From an uncultured Verrucomicrobiae bacterium (GTDB taxonomy: Bacteria > Verrucomicrobiota > Verrucomicrobiia > Limisphaerales > UBA11358): a stretch of 64,000 bases of DNA. The stretch is taken from contig CAVWHM010000028.1 in the NCBI GenBank assembly GCA_963754775.1, positions 16,448-80,447 of the forward strand. The letters run 5' to 3'. This document shows positions 19,385 to 28,984 of this stretch, piece by piece (the first letter of the stretch is position 1; every line of letters begins with the position of its first letter). The notes under the pieces are model-generated. The model did not search any database, was not told where the DNA came from, and was given only the letters and a program-made list of their open reading frames with translations. The position numbers were made by a program, and so were the translations under genes.

Positions 19385-21965
19385 ATGAAAGTCACTCTTA
19401 ACTGGCTCAAGCAATACGTTGATTTCGACTGGTCGCCGGAGGAATTGACCGAGCGGCTCACCATGCTCGGCCTCGAAGCCGAAGGCGTCCACAAAATCGG
19501 CGGCGAGTTCGAAGGCATCGTCGTCGCCCAAATCCTCACGCGCGATCCCGTGCCCGGCTCGGACAAGCTCTCCGTCTGCAAGGTCAACGACGGCAAAGGC
19601 GAGCGCATCATCATTTGCGGCGCGCAGAACCACAAGTCGGGCGACAAGGTCCCGCTCATCCTGCCGAACTTCGCGTTGCCGCTGAAGCCCGGCGAGAAGG
19701 AACCATTCGTCATCAAGGAACGAAAAGTTTTGGCATCACCAGCCACGGCATGATGTGTTCGCCGCAGGAACTCGGCCTGCCGGACCAGGTGGACGGACTG
19801 CTCATCCTGCCGGCGGACGCGCCGGTGGGCAAACCGTTCGCCGAATATCTTGGCCGCAGCGGCGGTGACGTGGTTTACGATCTGGAAATCACGCCGAACC
19901 GGCCGGATTGGAACAGCGTCATCGGCATCGCCCGCGAAATCGCCGCGGTGACGGGGAACAAGCTGAAGATTCCGGACGTTGGACGTGGCCAGCGTCCCGG
20001 CTGGCCGGTGCAGGCGGGCACGCCAGCGCTACGTCTGTGGGCGAACTTGTCTCCGTCCGCATCGAAGACCCGGATCTTTGTCCGCGTTACACGGCGCGCG
20101 TCGTCAAAGGCGTGAAAATCGGTCCCAGCCCGGATTGGCTGCGATCCGACGTTGGAAAAAGTCGGCATCCGCAGCATCAACAACGTCGTGGACGTGACGA
20201 ATTACGTGATGCTCGAAATCGGCCAGCCGCTGCACGCATTTGATTATCATCTTATTTCCCGTAGCCGCGTTTGTGAAAACGCGGATGGTTCGCGGTCGTC
20301 GAATCCGCCGTCTCACGACGGCGGCTACAAGCCGACCATCGTTGTCCGTCGCGCGAAGGCCGGCGAGGAATTCATCACACTCGACGGCCAGAAGCACCAG
20401 CTCACGCGCGGAGAACGCTGCTCATCGCCGACGAAGAAAAGGGCATCGCACTGGCTGGCGTCATGGGCGGGCAGAATTCCGAGATCAAGGACAACACCGC
20501 GGACGTGCTCATCGAAAGCGCGTATTTTTCGCCGACGAACATCCGGCGCACGAGCAAGGCACTCGGACTGCGCACCGACGCCAGTTACCGCTTCGAGCGC
20601 GGCGCGGACATTGACATCAATGACTGGGCCAGCGCGCGTTGCGCGCAGTTGATTCTCGAAACCGCCGGCGGCCAGCTCGCCGACGGCGCCGTGGACGCTT
20701 ATCCGAAACCGGTCGAGCCGAAGCAAATCACCTTGCGCCATCACAAGGTGAACGAACTGCTCGGCATCAGCTTGAAACCGGAGGAGTGCGAATTTTATCT
20801 CGGTCAACTCGGTTTGAAGGCCGTCGGGCGCAAAGCGCGGCCCGTCGGCGCGGGCGGCCCGCCGGAGCCGGTGACGTTTCAGATTCCGACCTTCCGCGTG
20901 GACCTGAAGCGCGAGGTGGATTTGATCGAGGAAATCGCCCGGCTGCACGGCGTGGACAAAATCCCGGCCACGCCGCCGCGCGGCGCGATTGGCGCGAACG
21001 CGTTTGATTCGGTTCATGATCAGATTGCCGAGGCGCGAAGGATTTTGAGCGGTTTGGGATTGAACGAGGCGCAGGGGCAGACCTTAATTTCCAAAGCTGA
21101 AGTGCGTGACAAGAACGAAGCGGAAATCGTCGCGCTAGCCAATCCGTTGAGTTCAGACATGGATGTGCTGCGGCCAAGTTTGCTGCCAGGATTGATTCAT
21201 TCGTTGCGGCACAATGTCAGCCACAAGAATTACGACGTGGCGTTGTTTGAGATTGGAAAGGTATTTGCACAAGGTAGGGATGCTTCGCCGAAGCGTCCGG
21301 ACGGCTCGGCGAGCCGTCCCTACCTCGAGGAACGCCGCGTGGCAATTGCGCTTACCGGCCAGCGTCAGCCGCTGTTCTGGAGCGGTGAAGACCGCGACGC
21401 AAAATTTGACGCCCACGATTTGAAAGGCCTGCTGGAGGAGTTTTTGGGGCAATTCGGTTTGCGCGGCATGACCTTCAACCGCCGGGCCGAAAGTACAGCG
21501 TTGTTTCTTGAATCGGCCGCGATTCAACTCGGCAAGCAAACGCTGGGCGAATTTGGCCAGCTATCGCCGGTTCTGGCCAAGAAATACGATTTACGTGACG
21601 CGGTGTTTCTCGCGGAATTGAATCTCGATCAACTGCTCGTCCGGCGGAATCCGGCGAAGTCATTCAAGCCGTTGCCACAATTCCCAGCCATCCGCCGCGA
21701 TGTGGCCATGATTGTGCCCGAAGCCACGACTCATGAAGCGGTCTTGCAGGTGGTGAAGGAAATCAAACCGGCGAATCTGGAAGCTGTGGAATTGTTCGAC
21801 GTGTTTCGCGGCAAGAATGTGCCAGAAGGACAAAAGAGCCTGGCCTATGCCTTCACTTATCGTGCGATGGACAAGACGCTCACCGATGCCGAAGTGAACG
21901 CCGCCCACGAAAAATTGATCGAACAGTTCCGACAGCACCTGCAGGCCGTTGTGCGCGAGGGATGA
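19385..21965 (+). CDS. pheT: phenylalanine--tRNA ligase beta subunit; at least 4 apparent frameshifts and three internal repeat insertions
   Basis: [12 protein letters not shown]... (tRNA-binding domain), [67 protein letters not shown] and a C-terminal FDVFRG domain. These are spread over ORFs 19370-, 19615-, 19908-, 20152- and 20463-21965. Confidence 0.9.
19972..20045. repeat. GC-rich insertion 1 inside pheT
   Basis: Non-conserved G/C/R/A-rich stretch (GGACGTGGCCAGCGTCC..CCGGCTGGCCGG..) between the KLKIPDV and [16 protein letters not shown] segments. A frame change occurs inside it. Confidence 0.45.
20258..20330. repeat. double-hairpin insertion 2 inside pheT
   Basis: Two perfect 8-bp stems: CCGCGTTT-gtga-AAACGCGG (20265-20284) and CCGCCGTC-tcac-GACGGCGG (20305-20324). 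They lie between the conserved HAFD and IVVRRAK segments. Confidence 0.65.
21273..21324. repeat. double-hairpin insertion 3 inside pheT (in frame)
   Basis: GGTAG + hairpin 21278-21298 (9-bp stem) + hairpin 21299-21319 (perfect 9-bp stem) + CTACC. Translated as [17 protein letters not shown]. Confidence 0.7.
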
Positions 21966-22030
21966 AGCTGGCGTCTTTTTTGCCCTTGAGAAGTCACTCA
22001 TCTACTGTTCCAATCACGCCAGTCCAGATT

Positions 22031-23065
22031 ATGAAAATCAATGCCGTTGTTCTTGCTTCAATCATTCTGTTCTCGGTCGCACCCGGTTATGCCGCGCCGA
22101 GGTCCGCGGACGCGTTCGATCAAAACCGGAAACTCGGCCGCGGTGTGAACATTATCGGTTACGATCCGATCTGGCGCTCACGGGCGGAGGGCCGTTTTCA
22201 GGCCAGGCACTTCCGCCTGCTCAAAGAGGCCGGGTTCAACTCGGTGCGGATCAACCTCTTCCCGTTCGACTACATGGACGCCACAAACGGGTGGACGCTC
22301 CGCAAACAATGGTTTGAGACGCTGGACTGGGCGGTCAAAAACGCGCACCAGCAGGGACTCCAGGTCATTCTGGACCTGCATGAATTCGGGAACATGGGCG
22401 ACGATCCGGCGGCGAACAAGGAAAAGTTTCTGGCGTTTTGGCGGCAGCTTTCGGCCCATTACCCAAAAGCGCCGGCGAGCGTGTATTTTGAAGTGCTCAA
22501 CGAACCTTCGCGCAAAATGACCGCCGCGCTCTGGAACGAATATCTGCGGGAAGCGCTGGCCATCATCCGGGAAAAGAACCCCACGCGCACGGTCATCATC
22601 GGTCCGGCCTTCTGGAACTCCATTGACCATTTGCAGGAGTTGGAACTGCCCGACCACGACCGCAACCTCATCGTCACCGTCCACTATTACTCGCCGATGG
22701 AATTCACGCACCAGGGCGCGCCGTGGGCAAATTACAAGGATAAGGTGGACGTGCAATGGCTCGGCACGGAACCGGAACTGGCGGCCATCAACGGCGATTT
22801 CGACAGGGCCGTCGCGTGGGCCAAGGAACACAACCGGCCCATTTTCCTCGGCGAATTCGGCGCGTATGACAAAGGCCCGATGGACTCACGCGTCCGCTGG
22901 ACCGCCGCCGTGGCCCGCGCCGCCGAGCAACGCGGCTGGAGCTGGGCTTATTGGCAGTTCGACAGCAATTTCATCCTCTACGACATTGACCGCGATAAAT
23001 GGGTCGAGCCGATTCTTCATGCGCTCATCCCTGCCGCCGACGGGGCGCAATCATCGGCAAAATAA
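22031..23065 (+). CDS. glycoside hydrolase family 5 (cellulase-like) secreted enzyme
   Basis: Signal peptide MKINAVVLASIILFSVAPGYA. Also has GVNIIGYD, FNSVRINLF, VILDLHEF, YFEVLNEP (catalytic acid/base region) and IFLGEFG (nucleophile region). Confidence 0.85.
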   Translation: MKINAVVLASIILFSVAPGYAAPRSADAFDQNRKLGRGVNIIGYDPIWRSRAEGRFQARHFRLLKEAGFNSVRINLFPFDYMDATNGWTLRKQWFETLDWAVKNAHQQGLQVILDLHEFGNMGDDPAANKEKFLAFWRQLSAHYPKAPASVYFEVLNEPSRKMTAALWNEYLREALAIIREKNPTRTVIIGPAFWNSIDHLQELELPDHDRNLIVTVHYYSPMEFTHQGAPWANYKDKVDVQWLGTEPELAAINGDFDRAVAWAKEHNRPIFLGEFGAYDKGPMDSRVRWTAAVARAAEQRGWSWAYWQFDSNFILYDIDRDKWVEPILHALIPAADGAQSSAK

Positions 23066-23149
23066 TTTTCAAATTGGGGACAGGCCGGCCGGTTGGCGGG
23101 CCGGAACGCGCCACCGCTCTTGCCGGACTGGAAACCGGTTGGCCACCGC

Positions 23150-25122
23150 TCATCCGGCTGGCACAAATGGCGGCATCGGGCAATCCAATGTGTCGGCGAC
23201 GGCGCGCAACAATTCAGCTTCGCTTTCCTGAATCACGCCATCGGCGCCGACGGTGTGGGCACAGGCTTCAAGCAGGTTCTTTTTGATGATTGGCACGGCC
23301 TGCGCGAGGCGGTTGAGCGCGGTATCAATCTGCGTCCACGCCGCATTGTTCGCGCGGCAGCAATCCCCAATCGCCATCGGGCGCGCGCAGATAGGGCGCG
23401 CCCTGGTTGAAAGCTTTTTGAACTTCCGCAGCGTCACTGTTGCCGGCGTTTGCCAGCGCGGACAACACGACCGCGCAATCCGGCACGAGCGGTTTGAGTG
23501 TGTAATATTGGACCGTCGGCGGACGCGCCTGGCCAAACTGCGGTGCGAGATGATGGAGCACGATTTTCTGCAGCACGTATTCAAACAGTTCCACCTTCCC
23601 GTCACTTTCGACCAGCCATTGAAGCGTCTGCGAAAATTGGTCGAACTGTTCCGCGGTCAAATGCCGGAGTGTGCCCAGTGCCAGATTGACTATTGGCAGG
23701 TGCGCGTGTTGAGCGGCGGAGGAAACGTCAGGGAATAGCGCAGCGGCTTTTTGTTGAATCGCCGGGTCAACGCGCTTGGCGAGTTCGGCGAGCTGTGTCA
23801 TGCGCGTTTTCTCGTCGGAACACAGCAGCATGGCATAGATGAGCGCAACGGCATCGAGCGGTTCACGCGCGGCAGCTCTCACGCTATCGGGCAGCGACTC
23901 GCGCAGTTGTTCGGCGTATTTGAGATGCAGCGGCGTGGGATTGCCCAGATTTGGCAGGACGGCATGCGATCTGATGACCGGCGGTTTTTCCGCGTCGCCC
24001 GAGGCGAGGATCGCGCCGCCCAGCATCGTGCCAAAAATGTTCGGCATCGGCGGGCGTTTCGGTGTTGAAATTTCTTCCGGCGGCCGGTCGCGCCCGTCGT
24101 AACGTACGTAAGGAAATTTTCCGTCGAAATTCGGGTCAAAGACGCGAATGCGTTCCGGTAAGCGGCGGATGAGTTTCGAGCAGTCCAATGAACGGTTCAC
24201 TGACGCCGTTTCCAAAAAACATGTGAGAAAGTTCCTCGGCGTGCGCGTGGCTGAGGCGCGAACCCGTTTCGCCCAGGCCGCCGATTTTTTTCAGCGCGCC
24301 GGTGATGCCTCCCGGGTTGCGCGTGAATTGGACGGACGAGGCGTCGGCGAGAAATTCGCGCTGGCGGCTGACGGCGGCTTGAATGAGCCGTCCAAAAAAA
24401 ACACCGATGTAGCCGATCAGCAACAGGACGAGGCCAAGCAGGGGCAAGGGATTTTGGCCGCGCCCGCGTCCGCCGCCGCGCGCCGTTTGCAGGAGAACGC
24501 GACCGATGATGGCGAGGCAAAGGATGCCAAAGATGATTCCCATGAGCCGGAGGTTCAGCCGCATGTCGCCGTTGAGGATGTGGCTGAATTCGTGGCCGAT
24601 GACGCCTTGCAATTCGTCGCGCGAAAGCAGTTTCATGCAGCCGCGCGTTACGGTTACGGTGGCGTCGCCGGGTTTGTGGCCGGCGGCAAAGGCGTTGATG
24701 CCGTCCTCCTCGTCCATGACATAGACCTGCGGCACGGGCACGCCGGAGGCGATGGCCATTTCCTCGACGACGTTGAGCAGCTTGCGTTCGTCGGGATCGT
24801 TCGTGTTCGGGCTGAGGAGGCGTCCACCCATCATTTCCGAAACCGCGCTGCCGCCCGACGCCAGCGCCATGGTTTTGTAACTGCTACCGATGAGAATGAC
24901 CGCCAGCACGCCGACGGCAACGGCGAGGAACAGCTGCGGATTCCAAAGCGCGAACTGCGGCGATTCGCCGAAATTATGATGCTGTTGCGCCTGAACGCCG
25001 GAAAAAATCAGCAACGCGGCGAAATACACGGCGACGATGAGCGCCGCGACGGCGATGGCGAAATAGAAGACGAGCAGCTTGGTTTTGCGGCGGGTCTTGT
25101 CCTGCTGCGTGAAAAAATCCAT
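23150..25122 (-). CDS. M48-family zinc metallopeptidase (HtpX-like) fused to a C-terminal helical/TerB-like domain; 2 apparent frameshifts (~24160, ~23355)
   Basis: TM N-terminus, HEFSHILNGD zinc motif and ETHPPL. The protein continues seamlessly (PERIRVFDPNFDG...) in ORF 23325-24215, then as NNAAWTQIDTALNRL...VGADGVIQESEAELLRAVADTLDCP in ORF 23150-23605. Confidence 0.75.
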
Positions 25123-25123
25123 T

Positions 25124-25189
25124 TTGGGAGGGACGGCATTTGGCCGTCCCAAAAATTAATTGGGGACGGCGGCACGCCGTCCCTCCCAC
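25124..25189. repeat. pair of inverted GGGAGGGACGGC...GCCGTCCC palindromic elements between lemA and the M48 gene
   Basis: 25124-25155 is TTTGGGAGGGACGGCATTTGGCCGTCCCAAAA. 25160-25189 is the reverse complement of the 2902-2932 element. Confidence 0.65.
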
Positions 25190-25193
25190 GACA

Positions 25194-25802
25194 TCACGAA
25201 AACGAAACCTTCGGCGCGTCCTTTTGTTCCGGCTTGTCTATGACAAACAGTTCCGCCGGGCCGAAGTTGAAGATGCCCGCGATAATGTTCGACGGGAAAA
25301 CCTCCCGGTCGGTGTTGTAAACCATGACCGAATCGTTGTATGCCTGCCGGGCGAAGGAAATCTTGTTTTCCGTCGAGGTCAACTCCTCGGTGAGTTGCAT
25401 CATGTTCTCGTTGGCCTTCAAATTGGGATATTGTTCGGAGACCATCATCAGACGGCTCAACGTGCCGGCGAGTCCGGTTTCGGCGGAAACCAGGTTCTTC
25501 ATGGCGCTGGCGTCGCCGGGATTGGCGGCGGCGGCCTGCGAGGCCGTGTAAGCGATATTGCGAGCCTTGGTGACATTCTCCAGCGTCTCACGTTCGTGCG
25601 TGAGGTAGCCTTTGGCGATCTCAACCAGGTTCGGAATCAGGTCGTAGCGGCGCTTGAGCTGCACGTCAATTTGCGCGTAGGCGTTCTTGAACCGGTTGCG
25701 CAGCGTGACGAGTTTGTTGTAGCCGCCGATGACGAAGGCGACGAGGCCTAACAACACGACCAGCACAACGACCGTAATAATCAATCCAATTCCCATAGCC
25801 AT
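25194..25802 (-). CDS. lemA: LemA family protein
   Basis: N-terminal TM followed by YNKLVTLRNRFKNAYAQIDVQLKRRYDLIPNLVE...YNDSVMVYN. Confidence 0.9.
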   Translation of the reverse strand: MAMGIGLIITVVVLVVLLGLVAFVIGGYNKLVTLRNRFKNAYAQIDVQLKRRYDLIPNLVEIAKGYLTHERETLENVTKARNIAYTASQAAAANPGDASAMKNLVSAETGLAGTLSRLMMVSEQYPNLKANENMMQLTEELTSTENKISFARQAYNDSVMVYNTDREVFPSNIIAGIFNFGPAELFVIDKPEQKDAPKVSFS

Positions 25803-25905
25803 AATTTTCCTTTGTTAAGTTTGCTCTTCTACTAAGCCAAAGCCCGCCACCCGGCAATGATAATTTGGCCCGCTTTTTGGAATTGGTGCCTGGGCACGGC
25901 CACCA

Positions 25906-26982
25906 TTACGGTTCAACAAACACCGGCATCCCGACCCAGACGAGATGGCTCAAGTATTCCGCGTCCCAGTTTGCCAGCCGGAAACAGCCGTGTGATTCGG
26001 TGCGTCCGACCTGCTCCGGGTTCGGCGTGCCGTGAATGCCATAACCCGGTTTGTCCAGACCGATCCACGCCACGCCGACCGGATTGTTCGGGCCGGGTGG
26101 CAAAACCAGTTTTTGGTTCAACTGTCGCGCCTCCGCCGATTCAGGAAATAATTCCGGGTCGAAGGTATAATTCGGATTCGGCGCGATGACGATGACGTGC
26201 AGTTCGCCGACCGGGCGTTTTTCGACGCGCGCCGCGATGCTGCACGGGAAATGGGCGAGCAAGTTGGTTTCCACGTCGAATGCCTCCAGGAATTTGTCGC
26301 CGAGATGAATGACGGCAAACGCCGCCTTGTTTGTCGGCGCGGGATAATTCACGTCGGGAATTTTCACGACCGTGCCGGCGGCAGGGTTGGTCCAGTCCAC
26401 GCCCGGATTGAGTTGCCGGATCAATTCGGGGTGCGCGTGGCCTTTTTCGGCGACGAGTTCGAGTTCGGTTTCGTAGGCGAGCGCGGACTGCTGCGACTTG
26501 GCGAGCCACGTCTTGCCAAGCGGTTGCAACCCCACGAGGTCGTTCGTCGTGATCGCGTAGGTTGTCAGCGGAGGCGAATCGAGCATGAGCCGCGCGCCGG
26601 TTTCCGCGTCCAGCACGCCGGTCGGCGGCAAATTTTCCCGTTCCTGAAAGACGGAAATTGCCCTTCGCGTTTGCGAACCAGGCACAGCGTCAATGGAACC
26701 CGGCGAAATGCCACGGCGCGCCAATGCGATTTGCGCTTCAAACACATTGCGCGCCGCGCGCGGAAAACCGCCTCCGGCTTCAATTGTCCCGTTCCACTGG
26801 CGTGCCACGGATTTGACGGGAGGCGGCGCAACGACGCGGGCCGGCTTGGCGTGATGTTCATGCCGCCACCAAAACCAGGCCGCGATGGCAACGATGGCCA
26901 ACACCAACAGCCAGCGAATAACACCGCCTTGGTTGCGGCGTTTGCCCGGCAATTGATATTTTGGCTTTGAGCGGCGTGCCAC
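25906..26982 (-). CDS. L,D-transpeptidase (YkuD domain) with peptidoglycan-binding-like domain
   Basis: C-terminal GYGIHGTPNPEQVGRTESHGCFRLANWD catalytic motif and an N-terminal membrane anchor. Confidence 0.85.
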   Translation of the reverse strand: MARRSKPKYQLPGKRRNQGGVIRWLLVLAIVAIAAWFWWRHEHHAKPARVVAPPPVKSVARQWNGTIEAGGGFPRAARNVFEAQIALARRGISPGSIDAVPGSQTRRAISVFQERENLPPTGVLDAETGARLMLDSPPLTTYAITTNDLVGLQPLGKTWLAKSQQSALAYETELELVAEKGHAHPELIRQLNPGVDWTNPAAGTVVKIPDVNYPAPTNKAAFAVIHLGDKFLEAFDVETNLLAHFPCSIAARVEKRPVGELHVIVIAPNPNYTFDPELFPESAEARQLNQKLVLPPGPNNPVGVAWIGLDKPGYGIHGTPNPEQVGRTESHGCFRLANWDAEYLSHLVWVGMPVFVEP

Positions 26983-27052
26983 GCCGGAATTAAGCCACAG
27001 GCCATACGGCGACCCAAGAGCGAAGTCAACGACCGGAAGGAGAACAGTTTGC

Positions 27053-27753
27053 TCAGGCCAGATTCAACAAGGCGTCGCCGATGATACGGGCGGCATCGTC
27101 GTAGCTGACCAAACCGGTATTGATAATCATTTGGTAGAGGAGGGGATCCTCAATGTCGGCACCAAAGTACTTTTTGAGATAACGCCGGCGGGCATGATCT
27201 TCGCGCAAACAAAACTTGCGCGCCTCGGTCTTCGTCATGTTGTAGGCTTCGAGGCAGTGCTCAATCCGCTTTTCGAGCGGCGCCACCAGGCGGACATGGA
27301 GCACGTGCGGCAATCTGGCGGTAACCATGTTCGCGCCACGGCCAATGAGGATCACGTTGCCTGCTTGAGCCAGTTTGAGCACCGTCTCGCCGGTCTGATG
27401 AATCACGGTCGTTGACGGCGGATGCACTCCAAATACATCAGCCATGATGTCTTCCAGTTCGGAAATGCGGTCTTCCGGCAGGAATTTCGCCAGGCACGCC
27501 GGAAGATTGTGGTCTTCAAAACCTTGTCCATGAGGTTGCGGTCAAACACCGTCCACGGGCAGGCATCCCCGGAGGAATGCCCCTGCAAATAATGCGCCAG
27601 TTTTTCGGCGACGACAAACGCCCCGCAACCCGCCTGCCGGGAAATCGTCACTGCGCGGCGCACGTTTCTTTTGCACCGGCAATTTCACCCCTCCGACGAA
27701 TTGCGCCTGGCTGCTGATGAAGGACGGACAATGTTCAAGACCGTGGTCAATCA
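27053..27753 (-). CDS. cytidylate kinase-like family (P-loop) protein; 2 apparent frameshifts (~27665, ~27518)
   Basis: AGGAGG + ATG at 27753 (MIDHGLEHCPSF...). Then RAVTISRQAGCG (ORF 27403-27663), then EDHNLPACLAKFLPEDRISELEDIMADVFG...GRGANMV... (ORF 27053-27445). Confidence 0.65.
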
Positions 27754-28001
27754 TAACGACCTCCTGGTTCGCGGGTTTGGATGTGCAGAGGGGGAACAGC
27801 CCGTGCCTTTGTGTCCGGCAAAGGCCATTTCGATTAAAACCCGTTGAGTCTGCCTTGTCCATAACTGCTTCCAGGTTTGGACACCGGCGTTGCGCCTCGT
27901 GCTCATTCCTGCCGGCTCTTGATCGCACCATACGCCTCCGACACCACCGATTTCAAGGGAAGCCAGACGATTTGATGACGGCTAATGCGAACGATTAACC
28001 A

Positions 28002-28904
28002 TCAGCAACAAGTGATGACGCCAGGATTCACGGCTGGGTGAGCATTTCGCAGTAGGCGCGCCGGATTTGGTCCACCAGCGGTGAGGACGCGACCGGTTTG
28101 CCGTCGAGTGCAGCCACCGGCACGATGCCGAATGCGCTTTGCGTGATGAAAATGCCTTCGGAATTCCGCAGCGCTTCGGGTTTGATAATGCATTGGTCCG
28201 TCGGGAGACGCAGTGTCTGGCAGATTTCCAGCACGACGGCGCGCGTGATGCCTGGCAACACACCGCGACCGGCTGGCACGGTGCAAACCCGGCCACTGGA
28301 GACCCAAAACAAATTGCCGCTCGCCGCTTCGGCCACTTCGCCATTCGTGTTGAGGAGCAGCGCTTCGTCCGCGCCCTTTTCCACGGCTTCGATGCGTGCC
28401 ATGACCTGCGTGAGCTTGTTCAGTGGTTTTGAATGCGGCGAGCGGATCGTCGGCGGGAATTCGAAATGATGACGTGATGAGATTCCACTGGATGGGAGCG
28501 CCGGCCTCTGGCACGGCTTGAGAGAACGACGGATTGGAACGAGCCGTTCCGGGGGTGGCGTGCAGCGACATCACCACCGTCGGTTTGCCGCCGGGTCCGG
28601 GCGTGTAACCGCGTTCGCCCGGCCCGCGTGTCAGCACCACGCGCAAAATCGCCTCCGGCATTTGATTTTGCTCGATGAGTTGGCCGGCGAAATTCTGCAT
28701 TTCCTTCGGCGTGAACGGGCATTTGATTTTCAAAAAGTCCGCGCCGCGCGTCATGCGCTCCAGATGTTGCGCCAAGCGGAAGGGCCGGCCATTGACGACG
28801 CGCATCGTCTCGAACAGCCCGTCGCCATACATGAAACCGCGGTCGTTGATGGGAACGACCGCTTGCGCTTCGGGCACAAATTGGCCGTTGAGAAAAATGG
28901 TCAT
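28002..28904 (-). CDS. pabC: class IV aminotransferase-fold enzyme, probably aminodeoxychorismate lyase; apparent frameshift at homopolymer ~28427-28430
   Basis: INDRGFMYGDGLFETMRV and RVVLTRGPGERGY are present. After ...AAFKT the conserved LNKLTQVMARIEAVEKGADEALLLNTNGEVAEA...GITR segment continues in ORF 28028-28402. It lies immediately downstream of pabB. Confidence 0.75.
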   Translation of the reverse strand: MTIFLNGQFVPEAQAVVPINDRGFMYGDGLFETMRVVNGRPFRLAQHLERMTRGADFLKIKCPFTPKEMQNFAGQLIEQNQMPEAILRVVLTRGPGERGYTPGPGGKPTVVMSLHATPGTARSNPSFSQAVPEAGAPIQWNLITSSFRIPADDPLAAFKTTEQAHAGHGTHRSRGKGRGRSAAPQHEWRSGRSGERQFVLGLQWPGLHRASRSRCVARHHARRRAGNLPDTASPDGPMHYQTRSAAEFRRHFHHAKRIRHRAGGCTRRQTGRVLTAGGPNPARLLRNAHPAVNPGVITCC

Positions 28905-28984
28905 GTAATCTTGATACGCCTCCAACTATCGCAAACCCGGCCGTTCCGCGAGCAGAAAGATTTATTCGCTGATTCCGCTAATTT

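Noticed and set aside
8491-21965. Reading dnaB, bamA, pheS and pheT as genuine pseudogenes
   Set aside because: All four are essential. Their conserved sequence continues uninterrupted in another frame, and several breaks sit at homopolymers. Sequence error is far more likely, although it cannot be proven without reads.
27690-27725. AGCAGCCAGG on the minus strand resembling the SRP RNA domain IV
   Set aside because: The GGAA tetraloop and the symmetric-loop partner are absent. The stretch is better explained as the N-terminal coding extension of the cmk-like gene (MIDHGLEHCPSFISSQAQ...).
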